Part shown: in pieces, positions 62,970-64,000 of the stretch
Numbering within the stretch: the first letter of the stretch is position 1
Layout of the letters: each line of letters starts with the position of its first letter
DNA from: Rhina ancylostomus
Lineage: Eukaryota
Assembly (NCBI GenBank): GCA_030265395.1
Contig: JARFYF010000061.1
Location: 15,307,142-15,371,141 of the forward strand
Direction of reading: 5' to 3'
DNA length: 64,000 nucleotides
Notes under the pieces: model-generated
Database searches by the model: none
The model's input: the letters and a program-made list of their open reading frames with translations, nothing else
Told to the model about the DNA's origin: nothing
Made by a program: the position numbers and the translations under genes

Positions 62970-63915
62970 NNNNNNNNNNNNNNNNNNNNNNNNNNNNNNN
63001 NNNNNNNNNNNNNNNNNNNNNNNNNNNNNNNNNNNNNNNNNNNNNNNNNNNNNNNNNNNNNNNNNNNNNNNNNNNNNNNNNNNNNNNNNNNNNNNNNNNN
63101 NNNNNNNNNNNNNNNNNNNNNNNNNNNNNNNNNNNNNNNNNNNNNNNNNNNNNNNNNNNNNNNNNNNNNNNNNNNNNNNNNNNNNNNNNNNNNNNNNNNN
63201 NNNNNNNNNNNNNNNNNNNNNNNNNNNNNNNNNNNNNNNNNNNNNNNNNNNNNNNNNNNNNNNNNNNNNNNNNNNNNNNNNNNNNNNNNNNNNNNNNNNN
63301 NNNNNNNNNNNNNNNNNNNNNNNNNNNNNNNNNNNNNNNNNNNNNNNNNNNNNNNNNNNNNNNNNNNNNNNNNNNNNNNNNNNNNNNNNNNNNNNNNNNN
63401 NNNNNNNNNNNNNNNNNNNNNNNNNNNNNNNNNNNNNNNNNNNNNNNNNNNNNNNNNNNNNNNNNNNNNNNNNNNNNNNNNNNNNNNNNNNNNNNNNNNN
63501 NNNNNNNNNNNNNNNNNNNNNNNNNNNNNNNNNNNNNNNNNNNNNNNNNNNNNNNNNNNNNNNNNNNNNNNNNNNNNNNNNNNNNNNNNNNNNNNNNNNN
63601 NNNNNNNNNNNNNNNNNNNNNNNNNNNNNNNNNNNNNNNNNNNNNNNNNNNNNNNNNNNNNNNNNNNNNNNNNNNNNNNNNNNNNNNNNNNNNNNNNNNN
63701 NNNNNNNNNNNNNNNNNNNNNNNNNNNNNNNNNNNNNNNNNNNNNNNNNNNNNNNNNNNNNNNNNNNNNNNNNNNNNNNNNNNNNNNNNNNNNNNNNNNN
63801 NNNNNNNNNNNNNNNNNNNNNNNNNNNNNNNNNNNNNNNNNNNNNNNNNNNNNNNNNNNNNNNNNNNNNNNNNNNNNNNNNNNNNNNNNNNNNNNNNNNN
63901 NNNNNNNNNNNNNNN
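62970..63915. other. Largest assembly gap (946 N)
   Basis: Run of N. The 333-372 aa ORFs called across it are artefacts. Confidence 0.99.
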
Positions 63916-64000
63916 TAACTAACCATCAAGTTTCTTTCAGAGAGGTGAAAGATATACCAAGGAGGAATAAGAATTAAAGCAGATTTTCAAAGCAACATAA

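Noticed and set aside
62807-63929. Longest ORFs in the track (333-372 aa) and other X-rich ORFs
   Set aside because: They are read-through of N gaps, not coding sequence.

Overview
Eukaryotic, AT-rich, repeat-dense, non-coding vertebrate DNA from a draft assembly with many N-gaps. The repeat complement points to a cartilaginous fish, possibly a batoid (inference): CR1/HER1-like LINE fragments, HE1/V-domain SINEs, Deu-domain SINEs, L2 tails, Penelope-like GIY-YIG elements, a Tx1-clade L1 fragment and a Harbinger Myb/SANT relic. I found no intact cellular protein-coding gene, tRNA, rRNA or CRISPR array. Every recognisable ORF in the track is a decayed transposon fragment, so the window looks intergenic or intronic. 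The most notable items are: (1) a family of Penelope pLTR hammerhead-ribozyme motifs whose catalytic cores have repeatedly decayed at CpG sites; (2) a small TGT...ACA element with a 5-bp TSD, imperfect terminal inverted repeats and a Gypsy gag-like N-terminus (11179-11536); (3) a 443-bp fold-back element with 101-bp, 95%-identical arms (5300-5742); (4) a Penelope copy with a 5' inverted duplication nested in a CR1; (5) a repeat-poor block near 13-15.7 kb with Pbx/Meis/Hox, octamer, CCAAT, TATA and CTCF-like motifs. Repeat-family names come from recalled consensus motifs, not from a database search. Boundaries of old repeats are approximate (tens of bp).
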